Shown in pieces: positions 19,269 through 26,893 of a stretch of 41,282 nucleotides of DNA. Position 1 is the stretch's first letter. Each line of letters starts with the position of its first letter. The DNA is from a bacterium DOLZORAL124_64_63 (GTDB taxonomy: Bacteria > Krumholzibacteriota > Krumholzibacteriia > LZORAL124-64-63). Where the stretch lies: contig PDQT01000216.1 in assembly GCA_002747875.1 (NCBI GenBank), forward strand, positions 1 to 41,282, given 5' to 3'. Under the pieces are notes generated by a model. The model was not told the origin of the DNA. It saw only the letters and a program-made list of their open reading frames with translations, and did not search any database. Both the position numbers and the translations under genes were made by a program.

Positions 19269-21074
19269 ATGAAATCCACCCATTGTCCAAGGTCAAGGAT
19301 GACGCCTGTGCGCAATTACTTATGGAATATATCAGTTATCTCCCAGCGGGGCATCTGGTGGCTTTGTCTGGGCATGCCTTTTTTCCTCTGGATGGTTTTC
19401 CTGCTTACGGGCTGTGCCGGTCCGGGTTTCCACTGGAGAGGCGAAAAACGCGTTTCCGGTGAATCCGTGCCCGTGGAATTGGCCATGGCGGACAGCCTGA
19501 ACACGGCGGAATCCGACACTCTGGCCGCGGTTTTCGAGACCCTGGATCCTCCGGACACGCAACCAGCCCTGCCCGTGGGGCCCACCGGCTACACGCCGCT
19601 GGAGGATCTGGAGACCCTGTCCCAAGAGTGCCTGCAGCTGCTTTCCCAGCGGGAACCGGCTCTGGCCCTGGATCATCTCTACGTCCTGAACGAAGAACTT
19701 TCCCGCCCCCTGCCCTCGGTGGTGGACAGCCTTTATGAAGCTCATCACCGTAGTCTGCAGCGTCGGGTGTGGTTCATGCAGGGCCTGCAGGCGGAGATGG
19801 TGGCCTTTGCGGAGAACGGCCAGGTGGCCGACTCCCTGCTGGCCACCGGTTATGGCCGGTTGGCCAACGGGGCCTTCCCGGATTCCCTGGTGCCCGCCAC
19901 GGGTGTGACCCTGCCCGCGTTCACGGCGGACCTGCTGAAGGTGGAAAACAGGGCGGTGGAGAGCTGGGTGAACTATTACACGGGCAACGGTCGCCGGCAA
20001 TTCCAGCGCTGGCTGAACAGGAAAGCCAGGTGCGAGGATCTGCTGGTGGGGATCTTGCGCGAGTACGGCCTGCCCGAGGAACTGATCTTCGTGAGCGTCA
20101 TCGAGAGCGGCATCGGCAGCCACGCCGTTTCCAGCGTCGGGGCCGTCGGGCCCTGGCAGTTCATGCCCGAGACGGGCAAGCGCTACCATCTACGGCAAAG
20201 CTGGTGGCTGGATGAACGCCGGGATCTGGAAATGAGCACGCGGGCCGCGGCGCGGCACTTGGCCTATCTGCACGATATGTTCGGGGACTGGGCCCTGGCC
20301 CTGGCGGCCTACAATAGCGGAGAGGGCCGGGTGGCCCACCGCATCCGGATCCATGGGCACGATAATTTCTGGGATATGCGGCTACCTTCGCAGACCACCG
20401 CCTACGTGCCCAAGTTCATCGCGGCGGCCCGTATCGGACGCGACCCGGAAAAATACGGTTTCAAGGTGCCCGAGGTCGAGCCCCTGCGGTACGACGTGGT
20501 CCGGGTGCGCGACGCCACGGATCTGGAATTGATGGCTCGCTGTGCCGGTGTTGAGTCGCAGGTGGTCAAGGAATTGAATCCGGCCCTGCTGCGCGGGGCC
20601 AGCCCTCCCGGCATCCAGGGATACCCCGTGCGCGTGCCGGCCGGTACCGGCGAACGGGCCACCGCCCAACTGAGCAAGGTGCCGTTGGACAAGCGTCTGA
20701 CCTGGCGTCGGCACAAGGTGCGGCGGGGCGAAACTCTGGGCCAGATCGCCCGCCTTTACGGCTCCAGCGTCGGCGACATCGCCCAACTGAACAAGATGAA
20801 GGACGTGCACCTGATCCGGCCCGGGGACCAGCTGCTGATCCCCATGCCCGCCCAACTGGCCGCCGCGGCTCGCAAGCGGGCCAGCGAGAGCGGCCACTAC
20901 ATCCCCCCCGCCGGTTACAAGCGGGTGACCTATAAGGTGAAGAAAGGTGACACGCTGGGCGGCATCGGCCGCAAGCTGGGGGTCAGCGTGCGGCATCTGC
21001 GGAAGGTCAATGGGCTATCCAAGAAGAGTAACCTGATCTACCCCGGGCAGAAGTTGCACGCCTACCGTCCCTGA
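19269..21074 (+). CDS. mltD: Membrane-bound lytic murein transglycosylase D-like lipoprotein (SLT domain plus C-terminal LysM repeats)
   Basis: Lipobox LLTGC. SLT motifs VIESGIGSHAVSSVGAVGPWQFMP...AAYNSGEGRV. LysM repeats HKVRRGETLGQIARLYG...GDQLLIP and YKVKKGDTLGGIGRKLG...GQKLHAY. The start is ambiguous (GTG 19182, ATG 19269 or ATG 19299). Confidence 0.85.
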   Translation: MKSTHCPRSRMTPVRNYLWNISVISQRGIWWLCLGMPFFLWMVFLLTGCAGPGFHWRGEKRVSGESVPVELAMADSLNTAESDTLAAVFETLDPPDTQPALPVGPTGYTPLEDLETLSQECLQLLSQREPALALDHLYVLNEELSRPLPSVVDSLYEAHHRSLQRRVWFMQGLQAEMVAFAENGQVADSLLATGYGRLANGAFPDSLVPATGVTLPAFTADLLKVENRAVESWVNYYTGNGRRQFQRWLNRKARCEDLLVGILREYGLPEELIFVSVIESGIGSHAVSSVGAVGPWQFMPETGKRYHLRQSWWLDERRDLEMSTRAAARHLAYLHDMFGDWALALAAYNSGEGRVAHRIRIHGHDNFWDMRLPSQTTAYVPKFIAAARIGRDPEKYGFKVPEVEPLRYDVVRVRDATDLELMARCAGVESQVVKELNPALLRGASPPGIQGYPVRVPAGTGERATAQLSKVPLDKRLTWRRHKVRRGETLGQIARLYGSSVGDIAQLNKMKDVHLIRPGDQLLIPMPAQLAAAARKRASESGHYIPPAGYKRVTYKVKKGDTLGGIGRKLGVSVRHLRKVNGLSKKSNLIYPGQKLHAYRP

Positions 21075-21091
21075 ACAAAAACTTCCCGGAA

Positions 21092-21130
21092 ACAGAAACG
21101 CCCGCCAGGCTGACCGGCGGGCGTTTCTGT
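21092..21130. terminator. Bidirectional intrinsic terminator between convergent genes
   Basis: Perfect 15-bp stem: ACAGAAACGCCCGCC (21092-21106) pairs with GGCGGGCGTTTCTGT (21116-21130), with a 9-nt loop. It lies between the mltD-like stop (21074) and the barrel-gene stop (21152). Only weak T/A runs flank it. Confidence 0.75.
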
Positions 21131-21151
21131 TGAAAACACGTGGCAAGAGAA

Positions 21152-22246
21152 TCAGAACGCGTAGCTCACACTGATGCGATGGGTCACCTCATCGATGCCC
21201 AGACTGTCGCTGGCATAAGCATAATCCACCGTCAGGGGCATCAGACGCAAACCGGCCCCGGCGGTGATGTTGTTCCAGGCATCGGACTGGACGGCGGTCT
21301 GCAGATCCGAGTTCTCATCCGACCCGCTCACATAGCCCATGCGCAGGAAGACCTTGTGGCTGAAAGCCAGCTCCATGCCCAAGTGCAGGTTGGCGCTCAA
21401 ACTGCTGCTGTCCAGGCCGTCCGCTTTCCCCCGGTTCTGGAAGCGGGTTTCCAGGCTGCCGGCCAGGATCAGGCCCATGTTCCATTGGGGCATGTCCTGC
21501 CGCCAGGCCAGACCCGGCACCACCGCGGGGGCGATGATTTCGGTGTGGCCGGTGCTCCAGCTCAGGTAGGTGGTGGTGATGTCCTGGAGCTTGATACCGA
21601 AATCCAGGTTGCGCCAGACCCTAGGCCGTTTGAATCCCAGGTCGGCGCCGATGCCCAGGCTGCTGTACGAACCGATGCTCTGGCGGACGGCCTTGACCGT
21701 GGCGCCCATGTGCCATTGCCCCAACTGCTCGCCGTAGCTGAACATGAGGGCGAATTCCTGATCGCTCTTGAAGCGGATCTGATCCTGGAGATCGAACAGA
21801 CGCAGCAATTCCTCATCGCTGATGACGCCGTCGGCGGGATCCACATCCAGGCTGTCGGTCAGGTGGTCGGTGAAGGGGATGTCGTCCATCCCCAGGCGGA
21901 TCAGGCTGATCCCGATGCCGCTGCGCTCTCCGCCCAGCAGGTTCCAGTCCACGGGCCGGGTGTAGGCCACGAAGTCCCGGTCGATGAGGTCTCCGAAGAG
22001 CTCGGAATGCATGATCATCAGCTCCCCGCCGGTGGAACCGGTCAGGCCGGCGGGGTTCCAAAAGGTGGTGCTGGGGTCGTCGGCGATGGCGGTGAAGGCT
22101 CCGCCCATGCCCAGGGCGCGGGCTCCACCCCCATTTTCCATGAAGGCGCCGGCGTGCTTGGCGGCCTGGGCCTGAGATGTCAGGCAAATCATGGCGAAGA
22201 CAACGACGCATAGCCCCAGGACCGGGTTTACCCGTTTCCAGTACAT
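21152..22246 (-). CDS. FadL/PorV-like outer-membrane beta-barrel (PorV/PorQ-family-like)
   Basis: ATG 22246 is preceded by GAGGA. Signal peptide MYWKRVNPVLGLCVVVFAMICLTSQAQA, N-terminal signature GGGARALGMGGAFTAIADDPSTTFWNPAGL, and a C-terminus ending in ...SVSYAF typical of a barrel. The upstream 140 residues in the track are an artefact. Confidence 0.55.
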   Translation of the reverse strand: MYWKRVNPVLGLCVVVFAMICLTSQAQAAKHAGAFMENGGGARALGMGGAFTAIADDPSTTFWNPAGLTGSTGGELMIMHSELFGDLIDRDFVAYTRPVDWNLLGGERSGIGISLIRLGMDDIPFTDHLTDSLDVDPADGVISDEELLRLFDLQDQIRFKSDQEFALMFSYGEQLGQWHMGATVKAVRQSIGSYSSLGIGADLGFKRPRVWRNLDFGIKLQDITTTYLSWSTGHTEIIAPAVVPGLAWRQDMPQWNMGLILAGSLETRFQNRGKADGLDSSSLSANLHLGMELAFSHKVFLRMGYVSGSDENSDLQTAVQSDAWNNITAGAGLRLMPLTVDYAYASDSLGIDEVTHRISVSYAF

Positions 22247-22303
22247 TTCATCCTCACTAGCCAGGGGTGGGTTTCGTGATGGGCGTTCCATCCGCATGGG
22301 GGA

Positions 22304-22309
22304 ATTATA
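22304..22309 (-). promoter_or_regulatory. Perfect TATAAT -10 hexamer upstream of the barrel gene; no convincing -35
   Basis: The minus strand reads GTCCTATAATTCCC, 58 nt upstream of ATG 22246. Confidence 0.3.
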
Positions 22310-22319
22310 GGACATTTTC

Positions 22320-23834
22320 TCAGGAGAAGCCATAGGCTTTGATTTTCCGGTACAGGGTTCGCTCGCTGATCCCCAAGCGCTCGGCCGCCTTGCGGCGGTT
22401 CCCGCCCGAGGCGTTGAGGGCTTCTTCGATGAGGGCCTTTTCCGCCGTTTGCAGGTCCCCGCTCTTCTCATTGTCCAGAGGACTGAAGCCGCTGTCCGCG
22501 GAGAAGGTCTCGTAGATCCGCCCCCCTTGGCCAGGAGGCCAGGGAATGGCCCCGTCAGCCTGCAGATCCCGTTCCTGGAGCAGGGCTTTGACCTCGCGCA
22601 ATTCCTGTTTGATTTCGAGCAAGGTATGGGCCAGAAGGCCGGGGTCGATGGAAGAGGCGCCGGCATTCAGGCCGAAAGGCACAGGCAGATAGGTGTCCGC
22701 CACGGTGTCGGTGTCTGCGTTCAGGGTTGCCGGCAGGTCCTCCACCTCCACCAGACCGCGTTGTTTCATGGCTACGGTGCTGCTGATGGTGTTGCGCAGT
22801 TCCCGCACATTGCCGGGCCAGGAGTGCCGGCGCAGGGTCTGCAGGGCCGATCGGCTGAAGCCGCGCACATGCAGGCCGTGCCGTTTGTTCTCCTCGGCCA
22901 GGAATCGTTCGGCCAGAATGGGGATATCTTCCGGATGATCCCGTAGGCTGGGTGTGTGGATGACCACCACGCGCAGCCGATAGTACAGATCCTGCCGGAA
23001 CTTGCCGACCTTCACCTGCCCGGCCAGATCCTGGTGGGTGGCGGCCACCAGGCGGATATGGCTTTTGATGAGGCCGCGGCCCCCCACCGGGGTGAATTCG
23101 CCCGTCTCCAGAGCGCGCAGGAAACGGGTCTGCATGGACAGGGGCATCTCCCCCACTTCATCCAGGAACAGGGTGCCGCCGTCGGCCCGCTTGAAAACCC
23201 CCTCGTGGTCGGCCACCGCCCCGGTGAAGGCTCCCTTGACGTGGCCGAAGAGTTCGCTTTCCAGCACGCCCTCGCTCATGGCGCCGCAGTTCAGGCTGAT
23301 GAAAGGCGCCGCGCGGCGGGGGCTGTTGTCATGGATGGCCCGGGCCACCAGTTCCTTGCCGGTGCCGCTTTCGCCCAGCACCAGCACGTTGATATCCAGC
23401 GGGGCGGCGTGGGCGATCATGCCCAGCATCTCGGCGATGGAGCGGCTGCGGCCGTAGATCCCGCTGTTCTGTCGCACGTCCCGCAATTGCAGAAGGCGTT
23501 GGACGACCACCTGGATCTCGTCGTGGGGGGTGTCCTCGGGCAGGGCGCGCACGGCCACCGTCCTGCCGGCTTCCGCGGCGAGAGCATCTTCCGGGGATTG
23601 GCCCAGCAGGACCAGATCCGCATCGGTATTCATGGAGAAGAACTTGCGCTCCACGTGGCGGTGCCGGGGATAGTCTCGGGTGTCGAAGAGAAAGACCGAG
23701 GTGTGGCCCTGGGCGATGCGGGCCAGGGCCTCGCTGGGGGCCTCGAACATGAACAGTTCCACTTGGGGCAATTCCCAACGGGAGGCGGAACCCACCAGCC
23801 TCATGTTGCGGCTGAGAATGACAACGGATGGCAC
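22320..23834 (-). CDS. Sigma-54-dependent transcriptional activator (bEBP, AAA+ plus Fis-type HTH) with a degenerate receiver-like N-domain (FleQ/FlrA-like architecture)
   Basis: Walker A GESGTGKE, the sigma-54 contact loop GAFTGA, Walker B LFLDEVGE, QDLYYRL, and the C-terminal HTH NRRKAAERLGISERTLYRKIK. In the N-domain the acidic pair is replaced (VVILSRN) and the KP position is LP. GTG start has an AAGGGG RBS. Confidence 0.9.
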   Translation of the reverse strand: MPSVVILSRNMRLVGSASRWELPQVELFMFEAPSEALARIAQGHTSVFLFDTRDYPRHRHVERKFFSMNTDADLVLLGQSPEDALAAEAGRTVAVRALPEDTPHDEIQVVVQRLLQLRDVRQNSGIYGRSRSIAEMLGMIAHAAPLDINVLVLGESGTGKELVARAIHDNSPRRAAPFISLNCGAMSEGVLESELFGHVKGAFTGAVADHEGVFKRADGGTLFLDEVGEMPLSMQTRFLRALETGEFTPVGGRGLIKSHIRLVAATHQDLAGQVKVGKFRQDLYYRLRVVVIHTPSLRDHPEDIPILAERFLAEENKRHGLHVRGFSRSALQTLRRHSWPGNVRELRNTISSTVAMKQRGLVEVEDLPATLNADTDTVADTYLPVPFGLNAGASSIDPGLLAHTLLEIKQELREVKALLQERDLQADGAIPWPPGQGGRIYETFSADSGFSPLDNEKSGDLQTAEKALIEEALNASGGNRRKAAERLGISERTLYRKIKAYGFS

Positions 23835-23916
23835 GTGAATCCCCTTAGGTAACGAAGAAACAATTCTGTCAAAGTGACATGATAAACGGAAATCCCTTCT
23901 TATGAAAGTTGTGCCC

Positions 23917-24067
23917 CTGAAATTGTTGATCGATCAACTTCCGTGGAAAGCCGTCCTGCCTCGTGGGGCCGATTTCAGCCCAATCTGGACAGCGCGGCGG
24001 CTGGAAGTCTTTGCCGTAGATCTCCATGCCCGGAGCCGGGCAAGAAGAGCGCGACCAACAATTTCAG
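23917..24067. repeat. 12-nt inverted repeat: CTGAAATTGTTG (23917-23928) and CAACAATTTCAG (24056-24067)
   Basis: Exact reverse complements 127 nt apart inside the 300-nt intergenic region. A third partial copy, GATTTCAG, is at ~23960. Confidence 0.7.
23925..23938. promoter_or_regulatory. Perfect 14-bp palindrome GTTGATCGATCAAC, a candidate operator ~95 nt upstream of the activator gene
   Basis: Read directly from the sequence. It overlaps the proximal arm of the 12-nt inverted repeat. Confidence 0.5.
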
Positions 24068-24134
24068 AGGCACAACTCAAGATGATGGGGATGGGGCACT
24101 CTGGCACCGCACATGGTCCCAGCCCGGGATGGGC

Positions 24135-25040
24135 TCACCGCAGGTCGAGATAGGCGCTGGCCAGTTGCACGGCCTCACGGATCTGGGCCAAGTTGTCTTC
24201 CACCGTACGCACGTCCAGACCGGCGTTGCGGTGCAGGCTCTGCACATCGATCAACCGGGGATCGAAACCCAGGTCGCTGCGCGGGGGGCTCAGAGTGTTG
24301 GCCAGATAGTCCGCCAGGGCCACCAGGGCCACCACCTGCTCCCGGGGATTGGTGGGGGTGCCCAGAACCGGTTCATGGTGCTGCCCGAAGGCCCCGATCA
24401 GGATTTCCGGAAAGCGCCAGCTCTGGCCGAAGGCGGCGCCGATCTGCGCGTGGTTGAAACCGAAGGCCTCTTCTTCCTCCAAGCAAAGACTGCGCCCCGT
24501 ATCTTGGCGGTGGGCGATGACCTGAGCGTACTTCCGGGGCGCGTGGATTTCGAGAATGAACTTGCCCATGTCATGCAGCAGTCCCGCGGAGAAGACTTCC
24601 TCGGGATCGCGATAATCCACCATGGCGGCCAGGTGCTTGGCCACCGCGCCGGTCACCACGGAATGGCGCCACAACTCCCTGTAATCCATGTGCCCCTGGC
24701 TGCGGGAAACGGCGGAAACCACCGTGGTGGCCACGGTGATGCAGATGGCCACCTGCCGGACCGTGCGGTAGCCCAGGACGGCGATGCAGCGGTTGATGTC
24801 GGTCAGGTCGCCCCGGCGGGAATAGTAGGGGGAATTGGCCAGCTTGAGAATCTTGCTCATCAGGGGCGCATCCAGCCGCACCACTTCCGCCAGATCAGTG
24901 GCTCCGCTGTGTGGATCGTCCAGGACTTTGAGAATGGCCATCAGGGTTTCGGGGATCGAGGGCAGATCCTCGATGGTGGACAGCATCTTCTGCAGGTCGG
25001 GATTCTGTGTGGGATCGCTGGTCGTGGCGTGCGTGGGCAT
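24135..25040 (-). CDS. HDOD domain protein (paralogue 1)
   Basis: LPSIPETLMAILKVLDDP...LMSKILKLANSPYY...WRHSV...GLLHDMGKFIL...FGFNHAQIGAAFGQSWRFPE...HHEP. AGGAG RBS. Starts 9 nt after the upstream paralogue. Confidence 0.85.
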   Translation of the reverse strand: MPTHATTSDPTQNPDLQKMLSTIEDLPSIPETLMAILKVLDDPHSGATDLAEVVRLDAPLMSKILKLANSPYYSRRGDLTDINRCIAVLGYRTVRQVAICITVATTVVSAVSRSQGHMDYRELWRHSVVTGAVAKHLAAMVDYRDPEEVFSAGLLHDMGKFILEIHAPRKYAQVIAHRQDTGRSLCLEEEEAFGFNHAQIGAAFGQSWRFPEILIGAFGQHHEPVLGTPTNPREQVVALVALADYLANTLSPPRSDLGFDPRLIDVQSLHRNAGLDVRTVEDNLAQIREAVQLASAYLDLR

Positions 25041-25049
25041 GTTGCGCTC

Positions 25050-25952
25050 CTAAATGAAGATTTCCATCTCATCGGCCAGGGTTTCCTGCAGCAGAGTCGT
25101 GGTTTCGTCGAAGACATCCTGGGTGAAGCCCAGCAGCTGGTTGGCCGGGCAATTCACCAGATCGGTATCGGGCTCATCGATGAAGCCGATCCCCATCTGG
25201 CGGCAGATCTTGTTGGCTAGATCGAGGTAGAGCAGCAGTTGATTGTCCGGGCTCAGGGCCTCGGGATTGTGATGGTTGCGGATAACGTCCTCCAGAGCGG
25301 GGGAAAGTTTCCACTTGTTGATCAGCAACGCCCCCACTTCGGCGTGGGAAAAGCCCAGGGTGCGTTGTTCGGTTTCGTGGAAAGGCAGGCCCTGGTTGTA
25401 AACGGTCTGGACGATTTCATCGAAACGCTCGGGAACGTGCAGATTCAGCACCAGCTTGCCGATGTCGTGCATCAGACCGGCCAGAAAGGCCTCCTCCACC
25501 AGGGCCGGGACCCGCTTCTGGGCCAGGAGGCGGCAGGCGAAACCGGCACCGACGCTGTGTTCCCACAGGAGGCGTTCCTTCAGGCCGCTGCGGCTGTTGC
25601 GCGTGCTGTAGAGATTGCGGGCGGCGCTGGTCACCACCAGGCTACGGATGGAGTTGAAGCCCAGCATGACGATGGCTTCGGTCAGGGTCTTGATCTTCCG
25701 GCTGCAACTGTACATGGCGCTGTTGGCGATTTTCAGGATACGCGCGGTCATGGCCTGGTCATCGGCGATGACCTGCTGCAGCATCTGGGCGGACGTGTTG
25801 GGATCGGACGACAGCTCCAGGACCTTGCTGGCGACTTCGGGCATCGCCGGGAGGTCCCGGGTGGACATAATGATCTTTTGTAGCTGTGTTTGGGTCTGAC
25901 CCGCGTCGGCATTCTCAGGCCGAAGAGGCGGACCCGCCACCGTTGTGCTCAT
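25050..25952 (-). CDS. HDOD domain protein (paralogue 2)
   Basis: LPAMPEVASKVLELSSDP...ARILKIANSAMY...WEHSV...GLMHDIGKLVL...LGFSHAEVGALLINKWKLSP...HHNP. ATG 25952 with an AGGAGA RBS is preferred over the track start at 26000. Confidence 0.85.
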   Translation of the reverse strand: MSTTVAGPPLRPENADAGQTQTQLQKIIMSTRDLPAMPEVASKVLELSSDPNTSAQMLQQVIADDQAMTARILKIANSAMYSCSRKIKTLTEAIVMLGFNSIRSLVVTSAARNLYSTRNSRSGLKERLLWEHSVGAGFACRLLAQKRVPALVEEAFLAGLMHDIGKLVLNLHVPERFDEIVQTVYNQGLPFHETEQRTLGFSHAEVGALLINKWKLSPALEDVIRNHHNPEALSPDNQLLLYLDLANKICRQMGIGFIDEPDTDLVNCPANQLLGFTQDVFDETTTLLQETLADEMEIFI

Positions 25953-26026
25953 CGTCTCTCCTGAGGCGGCGGGCCGTGTTCGGACCGGAGTCCGGGCCAC
26001 CGACTATTGTCCTGTACGGCCTCTGG

Positions 26027-26473
26027 TCAGCCGCTTGTCGTCTTGTAGAGATATTCGACTCCGAAATCCTCGGCCTTTAGTGTGGAAAACTCCGTATCCG
26101 GCATTTCCAGATTTAGTTGACGACGCATATCCTCCAGGGAGTCGGCCACCCGACCGAGGCGATCTGCCAGGGCCTGGATCTCCGGTCCGTTGGTCCTCCG
26201 AGCCGCCGTTTCCGTCGGACCGGTGAAGCTGCCGGCGGTGTAGCCCGTTTCGGTGGTCCGTACGGTTTCCGCCGGGGCCGTTGGCGGGGTGGCCCTTTTG
26301 CGCAGCTTCAGGCCGGCGGGTCTTGGCAGGGCGGGCGCGTGCAGACGCCAACGGCGCAACTGGGAGCCGATGGCCACCACCAGCAGGGTGGTGCCCAAGG
26401 CCACGGCCGCGGCTGCGGCGTAGAAGACGGGGCCCAGGTCCGGGATACGGTGGAAGATGATGTCCGCGTTCAC
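26027..26473 (-). CDS. Hypothetical single-pass membrane protein (148 aa), N-out/C-in predicted, helical C-terminal region
   Basis: GTG start is preceded by AAGGAG with a 7-nt spacer. TM segment VFYAAAAAVALGTTLLVVAIG is followed by RRWRLH...KLRKR. I recognise no family. Confidence 0.6.
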   Translation of the reverse strand: MNADIIFHRIPDLGPVFYAAAAAVALGTTLLVVAIGSQLRRWRLHAPALPRPAGLKLRKRATPPTAPAETVRTTETGYTAGSFTGPTETAARRTNGPEIQALADRLGRVADSLEDMRRQLNLEMPDTEFSTLKAEDFGVEYLYKTTSG

Positions 26474-26498
26474 GTGGGGTCTCCTTCGGTCGGTCGGA

Positions 26499-26840
26499 TC
26501 ATGCTCGCATATCGATCAGGCTGCCCAGATCCTCGTCTTCTTCAGCGGTTTTGGGGTCATTTTCGGAATCGGTGGTGAAACGTCCAGCCGGTCGGCGCTG
26601 CTGCAGCTTCCGGCGCCGCCGCCGCCGGCGTTCCCGGCGTCGGTCCTCGTCGGGATCGATTTTGCTGTCCGCGGTCTTCTCCGTTTCCTTGACCCGCTGG
26701 GTCTTCAGGGACTCGTCCTTGGACTGTTGCTCCTGAAACCCGGTGGCGGGCTGCGTCGCCTGCTGGGCGCGGGCCTGGGTCTTGGCCACAGTCCCCATCT
26801 GGGCCAGCTGGGTGGGCATGGAAACACCGTCGCCTGCCAC
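26499..26840 (-). CDS. Hypothetical highly charged, probably disordered protein (113 aa) with an RRRERRRRRRRK tract
   Basis: GTG 26840 is preceded by GGAAAGGAAAAG. Codon third positions are mostly G/C. It sits 53 nt after fliA and 25 nt before the next ORF. I recognise no family. Confidence 0.5.
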   Translation of the reverse strand: MAGDGVSMPTQLAQMGTVAKTQARAQQATQPATGFQEQQSKDESLKTQRVKETEKTADSKIDPDEDRRRERRRRRRRKLQQRRPAGRFTTDSENDPKTAEEDEDLGSLIDMRA

Positions 26841-26893
26841 GTTCTTTTCCTTTCCCTAGGCCGCGCGGGCGGCTCTTCCGATCATCATCCGGC

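Noticed and set aside
22275-22290. Sigma-54-like motif TGGAACGCCCATCACG upstream of the PorV-like gene.
   Set aside because: The nearly invariant -12 GC is missing (TCAC instead of TTGC) and the -24 element reads GGAAC. It is kept only as a note within the barrel-gene finding.
23944-23970. Sigma-28-like -10 element (GCCGATTT) on the plus strand of the bEBP leader.
   Set aside because: The candidate -35 (GAAA) is 18 nt away rather than ~15. The orientation points antisense into the HDOD genes and no downstream gene exists.
23902-24153. 83-aa plus-strand ORF spanning the bEBP/HDOD intergenic region.
   Set aside because: It has no Shine-Dalgarno sequence, its product is Arg-rich and low-complexity, and it runs convergently into the HDOD gene's 3' end. 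The region is more plausibly regulatory DNA (see the palindrome and inverted-repeat finding).
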